DNA from: Antedon mediterranea
Taxonomy: Eukaryota > Animalia > Echinodermata
NCBI RefSeq assembly: GCF_964355755.1
Contig: NC_092674.1
Span: 17,112,001-17,176,000, forward strand
Direction: 5' to 3'
DNA: 64,000 nucleotides
The notes under the pieces are model-generated. The model was not told where the DNA came from and made no database searches. It worked only from the letters and a program-made list of their open reading frames with translations. Shown piece after piece: positions 27,570 through 41,650 of this stretch (position 1 is its first letter; every line of letters begins with the position of its first letter). A program made the translations under genes and the position numbers.

Positions 27570-29633
27570 GACATATATTGTGTTAACATCATCTTATAGA
27601 ACCATAGTAACTAGTTATGTCAACAAATAAAAGGATCGAAGTTTGGCCATTTTTCGAAAATTTTCCTGCGGGGACCACAGGATTTTTTTCAAAAAAATAA
27701 CCAAACTTTCCACCTTTTCAAATTCAATAATTATGCTATAATATTGCCATTTATACACATATATTGTTAACATCATCTTATAGAGCCATCGTAACTAGTT
27801 ATTTCAAAAAAATAAAAGGGTCGAAAAATGGCAACATTTGCCAATTTAAAAATTAAATAATTATGCTAAAATATTTCCATTTATACAGATATATTTTGCT
27901 AGCATCATCTTATAGGGCCATAGTAAGGAATTATATCAAAAAATAAAAGGCTTGAAATTTGGAAATTTTTCGAAAATTTTCCTGCGGGGAACCTTAGGAA
28001 TTTTTTCGAAAAATGGAAAAAATTTCCATTTTTCTAAATTCGAAAATTATGCTATAATGTTGCCATTTATACAGATATATTTTGCTAACATTAACCAAAA
28101 TGTCCACCATTTAAAATTCAATAATTAGGCTATAATATTGCCATTTATGCACCTATATTGTGTTAACATCATCTTATAATGCCATAGTAACGAGTTATGT
28201 CAAAAAATATAAGGGTCGAAATTTGGCCATTTTTTGAAAATTTCCCTGCGGGGGACTATATGAATTTTTTCGAAAAATGGCAAAATTTTCCACTTTTTCA
28301 AATTCAATAATTATGTTATAATATTGCCTTTTATGCACATATATTGTGTTAACATCATCTTATAGAGCCATCGTAACTAGTTATGTCAAAAAAATAAAAG
28401 GGTCAAAAAATGGCAACATTTGCCACTTTAAAAATTAAATAATTATGCTAAAATATTTCCATTTATACAGATATATTTTGCTAACATCATCTTATAGGGC
28501 CATAGTAAGGAATTATATCAAAAAATAAAAGGCTTGAAATTTGGCAATTTTTCGAAAATTTTCCTGCGGGGAACCTTAGGAATTTTTTCGAAAAATGGAA
28601 AAAATTTCCACTTTTCAAAATTCGAAAATTATGCTATAATGTTGCCATTTATACAGATATATTTTGCTAACATTAACCAAAATGTCCACCATTTAAAATT
28701 CAATAATTAGGCTATAATATTGCCATTTATGCACCTATATTGTGTTAACATCATCTTATAATGCCATAGTAACGAGTTATGTCCAAAAATATAAGGGTCG
28801 AAATTTGGCCATTTTTTGAAAATATCCCTGCGGAGGACTATATGAATTTTTTCGAAAAATGGCAAAATTTTCCACTTTTTCAAATTCAATAATTATGTTA
28901 TAATATTGCCTTTTATGCACATATATTGTGTTAACATCATCTTATAGAGCCATCGTAACTAGTTATGTTAAAAAAATAAAAGGGTCAAAAAATGGCAACA
29001 TTTGCCACTTTAAAAATTAAATAATTATGCTGTAATATTTCCATTTATACAGATATATTTTGCTAACATCATCTTATAGAGCCATAGTAAGGAATTATAT
29101 CAAAAAATAAAAGGCTTGAAATTTGGCAATTTTTCGAACATTTTCCTGCGGGCACCAAAGGAATTTTTTTCGAAAAATGGCCAAAATTTCTATTTTCTAA
29201 CATTCGAAAATTATGCCATAATATTGCCATTTATTTAAATATATTGGGTTAACATCATCTTATAGAGCCATAAGTAACTAGTTATGTAAAAAAAATAAAA
29301 GGGTCGAAATTTTGACATTTTTCGAAAATTTTCCTCCATTTTTTCAAAAAATAACCAAAATTTCCACCTTTTAAAATTCAATAATTATGCTATAATATTG
29401 CGATTTATGCACATATATTGTGTTAACATCATCTTATAGAGCCATAGTAACTAGTTTTGTCAAAAAATAAAAGGGTCGAAATTTGGACATTTTTCGAAAA
29501 TTTTCCTCCATTTTTTCCAAAAATAACCAAAATTTCAACCTTTTAAAATTCAATAATTAGGCTATAATATTGCCATTTATACACATATATTGTGTTAACA
29601 TCATCTTATAGAGCCATAGTAACGAGTTATGTT
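27570..29633 (+). repeat. ~190-bp satellite with a 582-bp higher-order repeat
   Basis: 'gcaacatttgcca' at 27831, 28413 and 28995 (582-bp spacing). The monomer has inverted arms 'tttggccatttttcgaaaa...ttttcgaaaaatggc.aaa'. Confidence 0.92.
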
Positions 29634-32600
29634 AATTCGAAACCACTATTGAGAGCACTCAAACCTGAGCATTACCCGTTACGCCACAAACCAGTAGATG
29701 ACTGAAGAGCTGATAATAGTCTATTTATATGAATGGATGATCAATCAATGAAAAATAATGCTATGTAACTTTATTTCTGATTTTTAAAAAGGTCCACTTG
29801 GTTAGGCATGACATTTACAACCATAAAAATATCTCACTTTCAAAAACAATATTTATTTTCAATTAAAAAAAAAAAGAAAAAAATAATCCTAGAGGTTCGA
29901 ACCCACTACTGAGAGAACTCAAACCTGAGCATTACCGGTTACGCCACAACCAAGTAGCTTAGTGAAGAGCTGATATTAGTCTATTTATATGAAATGAATG
30001 ATCAACCAATGAAAAATAATGTTATGCAACTTTGTTTCTGATTTTAAAAAAGGTCCACTTGTTTAGGCCTGACAGTTGCAACCCTCAAAATATCTCACTT
30101 TCAAAAACAATATTTATTTTCAATAAAAAAAAGAAAGAAAAAAAATACCCGTATAGGTTCGAACCCACTGCTTAGAGCACTCAAACCTGAGCATTAACCG
30201 TTACGCCACAAACCAGTAGATGACTGAAGAGCTGATAATAGTCTATTTATATGAAATGAATGATCAATCAATGAAAAATAATGCCATGCAACTTTGTTTC
30301 TGATTTTAAAAAAGGTCCACTTGTTTAGGCCTGACATTTACAACCCTCAAAATATCTCACTTTCAAAAACCATATTTATTTTCAATTTAAAAAAAAAGAA
30401 AAAAAATACCCCTAGAGGTTCGACCTACTACTCAGAGCACTCAAACCTAAGCATTACCGATTACGCCACAAACAAGTAGATGACTGAAGAGCTGATAATA
30501 GTCTATTTATATGAAATGAATGATCAATCGATGAAAAATAATGCCATGCAACTTTGTTTCTGATTTTAAAAAAGATCCATTTGTTTTGGCCTGACATTTA
30601 CAACCCTCAAAATATCTCATTTTCAAAAAAAATATTTATTTTCAATAAGAAAAAAAAAGCAATATCCCTAGAGGTTGGAACCTGCTACTGAGAGCACTCA
30701 AACCTGGATATTACCCGTTACGCCACAAACCAGTAGACGACTGAAGAGCTGATAATATGAAATTAATGATCAATCAATGAAAAATAATGCCATGCAACTT
30801 TGTTTATGATTTTAAAAAAGGTCCACTTCTTTAGGCCTGACATTTACAACCCTCAAAATATCTCATTTTCAAACAAAATATTTATTTTCAATTTAATAAA
30901 ATAAAAATAAAAATATCCCAAGAGGTTCAAACCCACTACTGAGAGAACTCAAACCTGAGCATTACCGGTTACACCACAAACCAGCAGATGACTGAAGAGA
31001 TCATAATAGTCTATTTATATGAAATGAATGATCAATGAATGTAAAATGATGTTATGCAACTTTGTTTCTGATTTTTTAAAAGGTCCACTTGGTTAGGCAT
31101 GACATTTACAACCATAAAAATATCTCACTTTCAAAAACAATATTTATTTTCAATTAAAAAAAAAAAGAAAAAAATAATCCTAGAGGTTCGAACCCACTAC
31201 TGAGAGAACTCAAACCTGAGCATTACCGGTTACGCCACAACCCAGTAGCTGAGTGAAGAGCTGATATTAGTCTATTTATATGAAATGAATGATCAACCAA
31301 TGAAAAATAATGTTATGCAACTTTGTTTCTGATTTTAAAAAAGGTCCACTTGTTTAGGCCTGACAGTTGCAACCCTCAAAATATCTCACTTTCAAAAACA
31401 ATATTTATTTTCAATAAAAAAAAGAAAGAAAAAAATACCCGTATAGGTTCGAACCCACTGCTGAGAGCACTCAAACCTGAGCATTAACCGTTACACTACA
31501 AACCAGTAGATGACTGAAGAGCTGATAATAGTCTATTTATATGAAATGAATGATCAATCAATGAAAAATAATGCCATGCAACTTTGTTTCTGATTTTAAA
31601 AAAGGTCCACTTGTTTAGGCCTGACATTTACAACCCTCAAAATATCTCACATTCAAAAACCATATTTATTTTCAATTTAAAAAAAAAGAAAAAAAATATC
31701 CCTAGAGATTCGACCCACTACTCTGAGCACTCAAACCTGAGCATTACCCGTTACGCCACAAACCAGTAGATGACTTAGGAGCTCATAATAGTCTATTTAT
31801 ATGAAATTAATGATCAATCAATGAAAAATAATGCCATGCAACTTTGTTTCTGATTTTAAAAAAGGTCCACTTGTTTAGGCCTGACATTTACAACCCTCAA
31901 AATATCTCACATTCAAAAACCATATTTATTTTCAATTTAAAAAAAAAGAAAAAAAATATCCCTAGAGATTCGACCCACTACTCTGAGCACTCAAACCTGA
32001 GCATTACCCGTTACGCCACAAACCAGTAGCTGAGTGAAGAGCTGATATTAGTCTATTTATATGAAATGAATGATCAACCAATGAAAAATAATGTTATGCA
32101 ACTTTGTTTCTGATTTTAAAAAAGGTCCACTTGTTTAGGCCTGACAGTTGCAACCCTCAAAATATCTCACTTTCAAAAACAATATTTATTTTCAATAAAA
32201 AAAAGAAAGAAAAAAATACCCGTATAGGTTCGAACCCACTGCTGAGAGCACTCAAACCTGAGCATTAACCGTTACACTACAAACCAGTAGATGACTGAAG
32301 AGCTGATAATAGTCTATTTATATGAAATGAATGATCAATCAATGAAAAATAATGCCATGCAACTTTGTTTCTGATTTTAAAAAAGGTCCACTTGTTTAGG
32401 CCTGACATTTACAACCCTCAAAATATCTCACATTCAAAAACCATATTTATTTTCAATTTAAAAAAAAAGAAAAAAAATATCCCTAGAGATTCGACCCACT
32501 ACTCTGAGCACTCAAACCTGAGCATTACCCGTTACGCCACAAACCAGTAGATGACTTAGGAGCTCATAATAGTCTATTTATATGAAATTAATGATCAATC

Positions 32601-35182
32601 AATGAAAAATAATGCCATGCAACTTTGTTTCTGATTTTAAAAAAGGTCCACTTATTTAGGCCTGACATTTACAACCCTCAAAATATCTCACTTTCAAAAA
32701 CCATATTTATTTTCAATTTTAAAAAAAGAAAAAAAATACCCCTAGAGGTTCGACCCACTACTCAGAGCACTCAAACCTAAGCATTACCGATTACGCCACA
32801 AACCAGTAGATGACTGAAGAGCTGATGATAATAGTCTATTTATATGAAATGAATGATCAATCGATGAAAAATAATGCCATGCAACTTTGTTTCTGATTTT
32901 AAAAAAGATCCATTTGTTTTGGCCTGACATTTACAACCCTCAAAATATCTCATTTTCAAAAAAAATATTTATTTTCAATAAGAAAAAAAAAGCAATATCC
33001 CTAGAGGTTGGAACCCGCTACTGAGAGCACTCAAACCTGGGTATTACCCGTTACGCCACAAACCAGTAGACGACTGAAGAGCTGATAATATGAAATTAAT
33101 GATCAATCAATGAAAAATAATGCCATGCAACTTTGTTTATGATTTTAAAAAAGGTCCACTTCTTCAGGCCTGACATTTACAACCCTCAAAATATCTCATT
33201 TTCAAACGAAATATTTATTTTCAATTTAATAAAATAAAAATAAAAATATCCCAAGAGGTTCAAACCCACTACTGAGAGAACTCAAACCTGAGCATTACCG
33301 GTTACACCACAAACCAGCAGATGACTGAAGAGATCATAATAGTCTATTTATATGAAATGAATGATCAATGAATGTAAAATGATGTTATGCAACTTTGTTT
33401 CTGATTTTTTAAAAGGTCCACTTGGTTAGGCATGACATTTACAACCATAAAAATATCTCACTTTCAAAAACAATATTTATTTTCAATTAAAAAAGAAAAG
33501 AAAAAAATAATCCTAGAGGTTCGAACCCACTACTGAGAGAACTCAAACCTGAGCATTACCGGTTACGCCACAACCCAGTAGCTGAGTGAAGAGCTGATAT
33601 TAGTCTATTTATATGAAATGAATGATCAACCAATGAAAAATAATGTTATGCAACTTTGTTTCTGATTTTAAAAAAGGTCCACTTGTTTAGGCCTGACATT
33701 TACAACTATAACAATATCTCACTTTCAAAAACAATATTTATTTTCAAATAAAAAAAAAAGAAAAAAAATATCCCTAGAAGTTCGAACCCACTATTGAAAT
33801 CACTCAAACCTGAGCATTACCCGTTACGCCGCAAACCAGTAGATGACTGAAGAGCTGATAATAGTCTATTTATATGAAATAGATGATCAATCAATGAAAA
33901 ATAATGCCATGCAACTTTGTTTCTGATTTTAAAAAAGGTTCACTTGTTTAGGCCTGACAGTTGCAACCCTCAAAATATCTCACTTTTAAAAACAATATTT
34001 ATTTTCAATAAAAAAAAAAAAAAAAAAAATACCAGTATAGGTTCGAACCCACTGCTGAGAGCACTCAAACCTGAGCATTACCCGTTACGCCACAAACCAG
34101 TAGATGACTGAAGAGCTGATAATAGTCTATTTATATGAAATGAATGATCAATCAATGAAAAATAATGCCATGCAACTTTGTTTCTGATTTTAAAAAAGGT
34201 CCACTTGTTTAGGCCTGACATTTACAACCCTCAAAATATCTCACATTCAAAAACCATATTTATTTTCAATTTAAAAAAAATGAAAAAAAATATCCCTAGA
34301 GGTTCGACCCACTACTCAGAGCACTCAAACCTGAGCATCACCCGTTACGCCACAAACCAGTAGATGACTGAGGAGCTGATAATAGTCTATTTATATGAAA
34401 TGAATGATCAATCGATGAAAAATAATGCCATGCACCTTTGTTTCTGATTTTAAAAAAGATCCATTTGTTTTGGCCTGACATTTACAACCCTCAAAATATC
34501 TCATTTTCAAAAAAAATATTTATTTTCAATAAGAAAAAAAAAGCAATATCCCTAGAGGTTTGGAATCAGCTACTGGCAGCACTCAAACCTGGGTATTACC
34601 CGTTACACCACAAACCAGTAGATGACTGAAGTGCTGATAATATGAAATTAATGATCAATCAATGAAAAATAATGCCATGCAACTTTGTTTCTGATTTTAA
34701 AAAAGGTCCACTTCTTTAGGCCTGACATTTACAACCCTCAAAATATCTCATTAAAAAAAATATATTTATTTTCAATTAAAAAAAAAAAAGAAAAAAAGAA
34801 ATATCCCTAGAGGTTCGAACCCACTACTGAGAGCACTCAGACCTGAATATTACTCGTTACGCCACAAACCAGTACATGTCTGAGGAGCTGATAATAGTCT
34901 ATTTATATGAAATTAATGATCAATCAATGAAAAATAATGTTATGCCACTTTGTTTCTGATTTTAAAAAAGGTTCACTTGTTTAGGCTTGACAGTTGCAAC
35001 CCTCAAAATATCTCACTTTCAAAAACAATATTTATTTTCAATAAAAAAAAAAGAAGTAATAAAATACCCGCATAGGTTCGAACCCACTGCTGAGAGCACT
35101 CAAACCTGAGCATTACCCGTTACGCCACAAACCAGTAGATGACTGAAGAGCTGATAATACTCTATTTATATGAAATAAATAA
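29634..35182 (-). repeat. ~260-bp tRNA-derived satellite, block 1 (~21 monomers)
   Basis: Minus strand of each monomer reads TGGCGTAACGG (A box)...GGTTCGAACC (B box)...oligo-T. A 5-monomer (~1,291 bp) higher-order period is marked by 'ggttaggcatgac'. Confidence 0.9.
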
Positions 35183-35949
35183 TACTAGATACTAGAATAC
35201 AGCTACTACTAGAATATACAGGGGTTTAGAGACTAGTAATTAGGCCTAATAGTATCAATAGAAACTATAATTTTAACACGTAATTCTTTAGTAATAAACT
35301 ATATTAAAAACACCATAAACTAAAGGCTGATTATTTCGACAATCCACACAAAACTCCGCTATTCTATTATGAAATCAGCGGAGATAGGCCTAGAATCGTA
35401 CCGCACTTGTGTAATCACTTCTTGTTGCTATACGCTTGGGTGCACACGGAACAAGAAAATTTAACTGATGAATTATTCATGTTTATTTTGTGACGTTTCA
35501 TGATGGGGTCCCCAACTTATGTACGAAAAAAAAAATCGCTGCCCGGCCTAAAGATAAACGACCTAACTAATTTTGTAAATCAAGTGGCAACATTCAAGCC
35601 AGATTTTTGATAATCGACCTCGGATCGAATGACCCAGTTAAAAAGTAAGGTCTGCTTTCAGGCTAACTTATGCCATTAAATAACAACAATCTTATTATCT
35701 GTTTCTACTACTGCGTCACTGTGGACAATCCGGAACCGGATTTTAGAGGAAAATAAATACATAATTAAACAGAGTAAACAAAACAAAATGCCAGGCAATA
35801 CACTGTTGACACCATTTATTATTTTCCCATTGTTTTACATCCAAAAGAAATAAATAATAACTTGTTTTTTTTTTTGTTTGTTTTTTTTTCTTTCTTGATG
35901 CTACGCTAAACTGGCAAATATTTTGCACAAATCTGAATGGTTTATAGTT

Positions 35950-37376
35950 AGTATAGCATTCATCTTATGACTCATGCTGGTTCCCCAAGTACATCATCAT
36001 TATATTAAGACTCATGCTGGTTTCCAAAGTACAGCATTCATTATGACTCATGCCGGTTTCCCAAGTACAGCATTCTCATGCTCCTAAGTACAGCATTCAT
36101 TATATGACTCATGCTGGTTCCCCTTCTACCACCACATAATTACTTATGCTGGTTCATAAACTACCCCCACATATGGCGGTGTTTTATTACTCATGCTCTT
36201 AAGTACAGCATTCATTATATGACTCATGCTGGTTTCCCTACTACCACCACATAATTTTTTTTGCTGGTTCATTATATTACTCATGCTCTTAAGTACAGCA
36301 TTCATTATATGACTCATGCTGGTTTCCCTACTACCACCACATAATTTCTTATGCTGGTTCATTATATTACTCATGCTCTTAAAGTACAGCATTCATTATA
36401 TGACTCATGCTGGTTTCCCTACTACCACCACATAATTTCGTATGCTGGTTCATTACCTACCCCCACATACGGCGGTGTTTTATCACTCATGCTCTTAAGT
36501 ACAGCATTCATTATATGACTCATGCTGGTTTCACTACTACCACCACATAATTTCTTACGCTGGTTCATTACCTACCTCCACATACGGTGGTGTTTTATCA
36601 CTCATGTTCTTAAGTACAGCATTCATTATATGACTCATGCTGGTTTCCCTACTACCACCACATAATTTCTTATGCTGGTTCATTAACCCTACTACCACCA
36701 CATAATTTCTTATGCTGGTTATTACCCACCCCCACATACGGCGGTGTTTTTATCACTCATGCTCTTAAGTACAGCATTCATTATATGACTCATGCTGGTT
36801 TCCCTACTACCACCACATAATTACTTATGCTGGTTCATTAACCCTACTACCACCACATAATTTCTTATGCTGGTTCACCATTATATGACTACTACCACCA
36901 CATAATTTCTTATGCTGGTTCATTCATTATATTATGACTCATGCTGGTTCCCCTATTACCACCACATAATTACTTATGCTGGTTCATTTACCCTACTACC
37001 ACCACATAATTTCTTATGCTGGTTCATTACCCACCCCCACATACGGCGGTGTTTTTATCACTCATGCTCTTAAGTACAGCATTCATTATATGACTGATGC
37101 TGGTTTCCCTACTACCACCACCACATAATTACTTATGCTGGTTCATTAACCCTACTACCACCACATAATTTCTTATGCTGGTTCACCATTATATGACTAC
37201 TACCACCACATAATTTCTTATGCTGGTTCATTCATTATATTATGACTCATGCTGATTCCCCTATTACCACCACATAATTACTTATGCTGGTTCATTTACC
37301 CTATTACCACCACATAATTACTTATGCTGGTTCATTTACCCTACTACCACCACATAATTTCTCATGCTGGTTCATT
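35950..37376. repeat. Composite minisatellite inside element copy 1
   Basis: Mixed ~35-115 bp units built from 'tatgactcatgctggtt', 'ctactaccaccacataatt' and 'cttatgctggttca'. Confidence 0.93.
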
Positions 37377-37676
37377 CTCTACCCCAATGCTGACTTTTGT
37401 CTCCAATCTTTTATTCACTCCTTTAACATGGTTGCAGGGCCCTTTTCCCCTGCAACTTGATGATATCTGTCCTCACACATTTTTCTTTCCGTCTTAATTG
37501 CACAAAGATTTTCTGACAGATACACCATGTCAGGACGGAAAAGAACTAACAAGAGGTAAAAAATACGGCACCAAAAAAAAAAGAAAAAAAAAAGAACCGT
37601 GCCAGTACCTGAATTTGACATAAATAAGAATTAAAGGACATGAGGCATATCGTCGAAACCCTGGTAACTTCTGTGG

Positions 37677-38245
37677 TTGAGATTAATGTCGGTAAGCCGA
37701 CCCTACCGGCAGCTCTCTTCCTCAAATCCCCTACCTTGTCAAAAACTTAAAGAGAAAATAATCTCCCACAAATTCATCGAGCTGCACAATCTGCTCGACT
37801 TCAACAGCGAAGCGGAAGCTTTGACGCTAACGCTCACTGGTACCTTTGAACTTGTGCCTAAGCCCAAATGCCGCATCTTAAACGAACACAACTGGCACTA
37901 GGCCTTTCACGACTTTGCCACAATTTTATTTAAGCAAATATACGCAGGACATCTTAAATTATTTTAAGTATATTAAATACCTCATGCGCAGTCATCCAAA
38001 TTAATGGTACTTTTACGACTGATAATTTCGAATGGCTACTGAGTACACACTTTGCTCTTGGTCAAGCCGACCTCCTGCATAAACTAGACGCAACGACCTA
38101 ACCATAAACCTCGAACCCATCCAACCGTGGAGCGTCCACTCGGCTTCTCCTACCATAACAGATTCAATAGATGTGTCCAGACAAACTGTCAGTATCGCCA
38201 CTCGTTTTTCAGTGCTCGGGATCCCAATAATTCCCACTAGAATAA
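37677..38245 (+). pseudogene. DIRS/Ngaro gag-like remnant
   Basis: KLKEKIISHKFIELHNLL, W..AF..FA, and a C-terminal RFNRCVQTNCQYRH zinc-knuckle-like segment; stops and frameshifts present. Confidence 0.65.
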
Positions 38246-38379
38246 GCGCACTCCTATCTGGTTACAAACACCACGCTTACTTAACCCAATGTTTCGCTCA
38301 TGGCTTCTACCTTACATGGGGCTGTTTTTACAGCAACTAACTCCCAAGCTATCATCAACAACCTTCCGGAAATTCCGTA

Positions 38380-39673
38380 CCTGAAAAATGTCGTATCCTC
38401 CACAACCTCTCCTATCCCTACGACTCAAACGCTGTCAATCACAACATCCCTGGGTTTTGCATAACAGTTCATTACGAAACAATATCCAACGCAATAGACA
38501 TAATTGACATACACAATCACCCGGCATTCATGGCTAAGACGGACACCAGTGACGCATACAGACTAATACATTTACATCCCACTCAATATCACCTCACAGG
38601 TTTCACGTGGTTAGGCCAGTATTACTACGATAAAACGCTTCCCCAAGGCGGCGGATCTTCGTGTCAAATATTCAATAAGTTTTCTGACGGAGTGAAATTT
38701 TTCCTTATAAAAATGTTAAAACAGCCCAATAACGTGAAAATATTAGACGACATCCTCGTCATTGAAGACACACACCAACTGTGTGCGAACTCCTTGAAGA
38801 TATCCAAGACGCTTGCTGACCGCGGTGGCATACCTCTAGCACCGCACAAAACAATTTCACCCACCACCACCATTTCCTTCCTGGGTATTGAACTTGATTT
38901 ACAGAAAATGTAAGACAGGCTTCCATCTGAGATAATAAAATTACGTTACTCCCTTTAAAGTTCAAAACTTCACTCAACTACATTGAGAGCCCTCCAATCT
39001 CTTTGAAAAGCTACAATTTGCCACCTGGGTTATACCCTCTGGGCGGCGTTCCTAAGAAGGCTTAATGCCCTAACGGCCGGTCTAACTAACCCCCTTTTCA
39101 ACTATTCACCTTTCTGACTCAGCAAAGGAGGATCTCCAAATTTGGGCCGACTTTCTTAGCAAACACAATGGCGTTACCATTTTTCAACCCCACAAAAATT
39201 TGACTCGCAGCGTTTACATTTCTCCTCTGATGCCTCAAAAACCGCACTTGGTGCGACCTTCCAAAAGTTCTGGATTCAAGGCCGCTGGCCGGAATCTTGG
39301 AAAATGTTCGACATCATGGTTCTCGAAATTTACCCCATCTATGTCATGCTTTCGATTTTTGCAAAACAGCTAGCCAACACCCATGTAGTTTTCCACTGTG
39401 ATAACCTAGCTGATGTATATGTGCTTAACAAAAAATCGTCATCAAACGAAAAGCGCTATCGTCCTTTTGTTACTACTAAACAACATTCAGTTTACAGCCA
39501 GGCACATCCCTGGTAAGCAAAACAGGATATGTGACGCTCTTTCTCGTTTTCAGGAAACGGAGGCCATGCTAGAGGAGCACAGTATGAACCGCACACCGCT
39601 AAAGTCACCAAAGCACTTACAACCAATCTACTTCGAACCACTAAACAACTCAAGATCCTCACACGAGAGCTAA
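38380..39673 (+). pseudogene. Reverse transcriptase / RNase H remnant
   Basis: HNLSYP..SNAVN, MAKTDTSDAYRLI, YYDKTLPQG, ILDDILVI, FLGIELD; RNase H motifs SDAS, LEIYPI, FHCDN and ARHIPGKQNRICDALSR. Confidence 0.92.
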
Positions 39674-40310
39674 TGTGGAACTCATTAAGCAAATGAACCG
39701 CTAGTAACTATAAAAGCAAATGGCACCATTTTAACCAATTCAGGAAATTACTAAGCCTTCCGCTACCAGCGACTCCATAGACAATTGTTCTCTATGTAAG
39801 TAAGCTGACTAAAAATGCACTGGCGATTTCCACGATTCGAAACTACCTTAGCCCAGTATCATTCGTGCACAGGGTATCATTTATGGAAGACCTTACCGCA
39901 AATCCAGCAGTCAGCAATTTATGCAGAGGAGTAACGAAACAAAAAACGAACTCTCCATCCAAACCGATCAGACCGCCGGTCACCTCCGACATTCTTGTAA
40001 CGCTAATTGGACATATGCGAGGTAGCATGAAATTCAAATACGAATTCATCCTATACAGAGCCTTGTTCATAATATGTTACTTCGCATGCCTCGGAGCCAG
40101 TGAAGCAGTAGTCTCCAAGGCCGCAGAACACACACTAATGCTATAAACAATTAGCTCGCCATGCTAGTCTGGAACATACACAGTTTAACACTCATTCTTT
40201 CAGAATCGGTCGAGCTACCGACCTTCACCAACTTGGACACTCTCACCAAGACATTATGATTTTTGGACGATGGTCGAACCACATAACTTTGTCAAATACA
40301 GCGTTGTAAA
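39672..40310 (+). pseudogene. Tyrosine recombinase remnant
   Basis: STIRNYLS, IRPPVT, YFACLGASE (catalytic R position reads G), internal deletion, then THSFRIGRAT...FGRWS..VKY. Confidence 0.9.
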
Positions 40311-40429
40311 TATGGGTGCTGGCTGGTTGGCATATTTCCTAAGCATGACTGGGTATTAAGCGTCAAGCTTAAACAAAGTTTGATACTTATTTTTCCTGTA
40401 TATCGTTTTACTTATTTCATTTTTGTTTT

Positions 40430-40880
40430 CTTTCGGTGACAGCATAGGTTGCACCGCCAATTATAATCATATGTTCAATCGGAGTCAACACGTTGCTCCA
40501 GGTAGACTAATAAGTTATTTATATGTTTTCGGTGTCAACATGGTTGCACCGTTTATTAAACTCAATTCTCAAACGCGTGCTGGAGTCAACACATGTTGCC
40601 CCAGGCAGACTAATGTAGATTGTTTCTATACGTTTTTCGGTGCCAACATTTGGTTGCACTGCCTACCTAATTAAAATGTTTAAACATGTACTGGAGTCAA
40701 TACATGTTGCTCCAGGTAGACTAATGTAGGTGTTTCTATACGTTTTTCGATGTCAATATTTGGTTGCTCCACCTATCAGGCGCTAATGGTCAACCGGGTA
40801 CTGGAGTCAACACATGCTGCTCCAGGTAGACTATGTAGATAGTTTCTATACGTTCTGGGTGTCAACATATGTTGCACCGT
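40430..40880 (+). repeat. ~110-bp tandem hairpin units in the 3' non-coding region, copy 1 (4 units)
   Basis: Alternating ctGGAGtCAACacatGTTGCTCCag and cGGTGtCAACatgGTTGCACCg inverted repeats. Confidence 0.85.
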
Positions 40881-41105
40881 CATCTGAATGGCTGTTCATC
40901 GGTTCTACCTGCACTTAATTTGGGCTGCTTCGTTGGCCCCTTCGTTGCCAACTGTGTTTTGGCCCTTTCAGAGCATCCCAATGTTCCTTTATTATGTTTT
41001 CCTTTTACGTACATGCTGCAACGATGACTTGCCATTCATATTAAATAACTTTACAACCAATATTTGTTTCCTTGTTTTTGTTTATCGGGCTCACATGTGT
41101 CAAAA

Positions 41106-41370
41106 GTCTATTTATATGAAATGAATGATCAATCATTGAAAAATAATGCTATGCAACTTTGTTTCTTATTTTAAAAAAGGTCCACTTGTTTAGGCCTGAC
41201 ATTTACAACCCTCAAAATATCTCACTTTCAAAAACAATATTTATTTTCAAATAAAAAAAAAATATCCTTACAGGTTCGAACCCACTACTGGGAGCACTCA
41301 AAACTGAGCATTACCCGTTATGCCATAAAGTAGTACACGACAGAACAGTTTGTAATAGTCTATTTATAAG
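41106..41370 (-). repeat. Single diverged 260-bp satellite monomer
   Basis: Same monomer sequence; duplicated at 62657-62920. Confidence 0.85.
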
Positions 41371-41430
41371 TGTATTACGTAATTCATCATTACGTCATAA
41401 AAATCATATTAACCTTGTTAAAACCAAAAT

Positions 41431-41650
41431 GGCCAGTTAACTAAGACGACTGAGCGTCGTGTTGACAACACGTATGTCGTGGGTTCGATTCCAACGCTGG
41501 TCGGTGGAATAGAGTTAAAGGTATGTGACCAACTGTGTTTGGGGTTCACAGAAGTTACGTCCCCCTTTCCACCACACATCTTGAGAAGGCACTAGCAATG
41601 CATCTGGTGATGATGTGGTGGAAACGACCCCAAGGCTGTGGCAGGGCCTT
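41431..41650 (+). mobile_element. tRNA-derived SINE or Pol III ncRNA relic (tRNA-Ile-like head)
   Basis: 41431-41502 folds as a cloverleaf-like head (GGCCAGT/GCTGGTC acceptor, CGTG-TTGACAA-CACG arm, GGGTTCGATTCC B box). The A box is damaged and a structured tail follows. Confidence 0.6.

Larger units (their letters stand above)
35540..41105 (+). mobile_element. Ngaro/DIRS-type tyrosine-recombinase retrotransposon, degenerate copy 1 (5'-truncated, single B repeat)
   Basis: gag-like, RT, RNase H and YR remnants in order; near-identical to 56327-62656. Confidence 0.9.
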
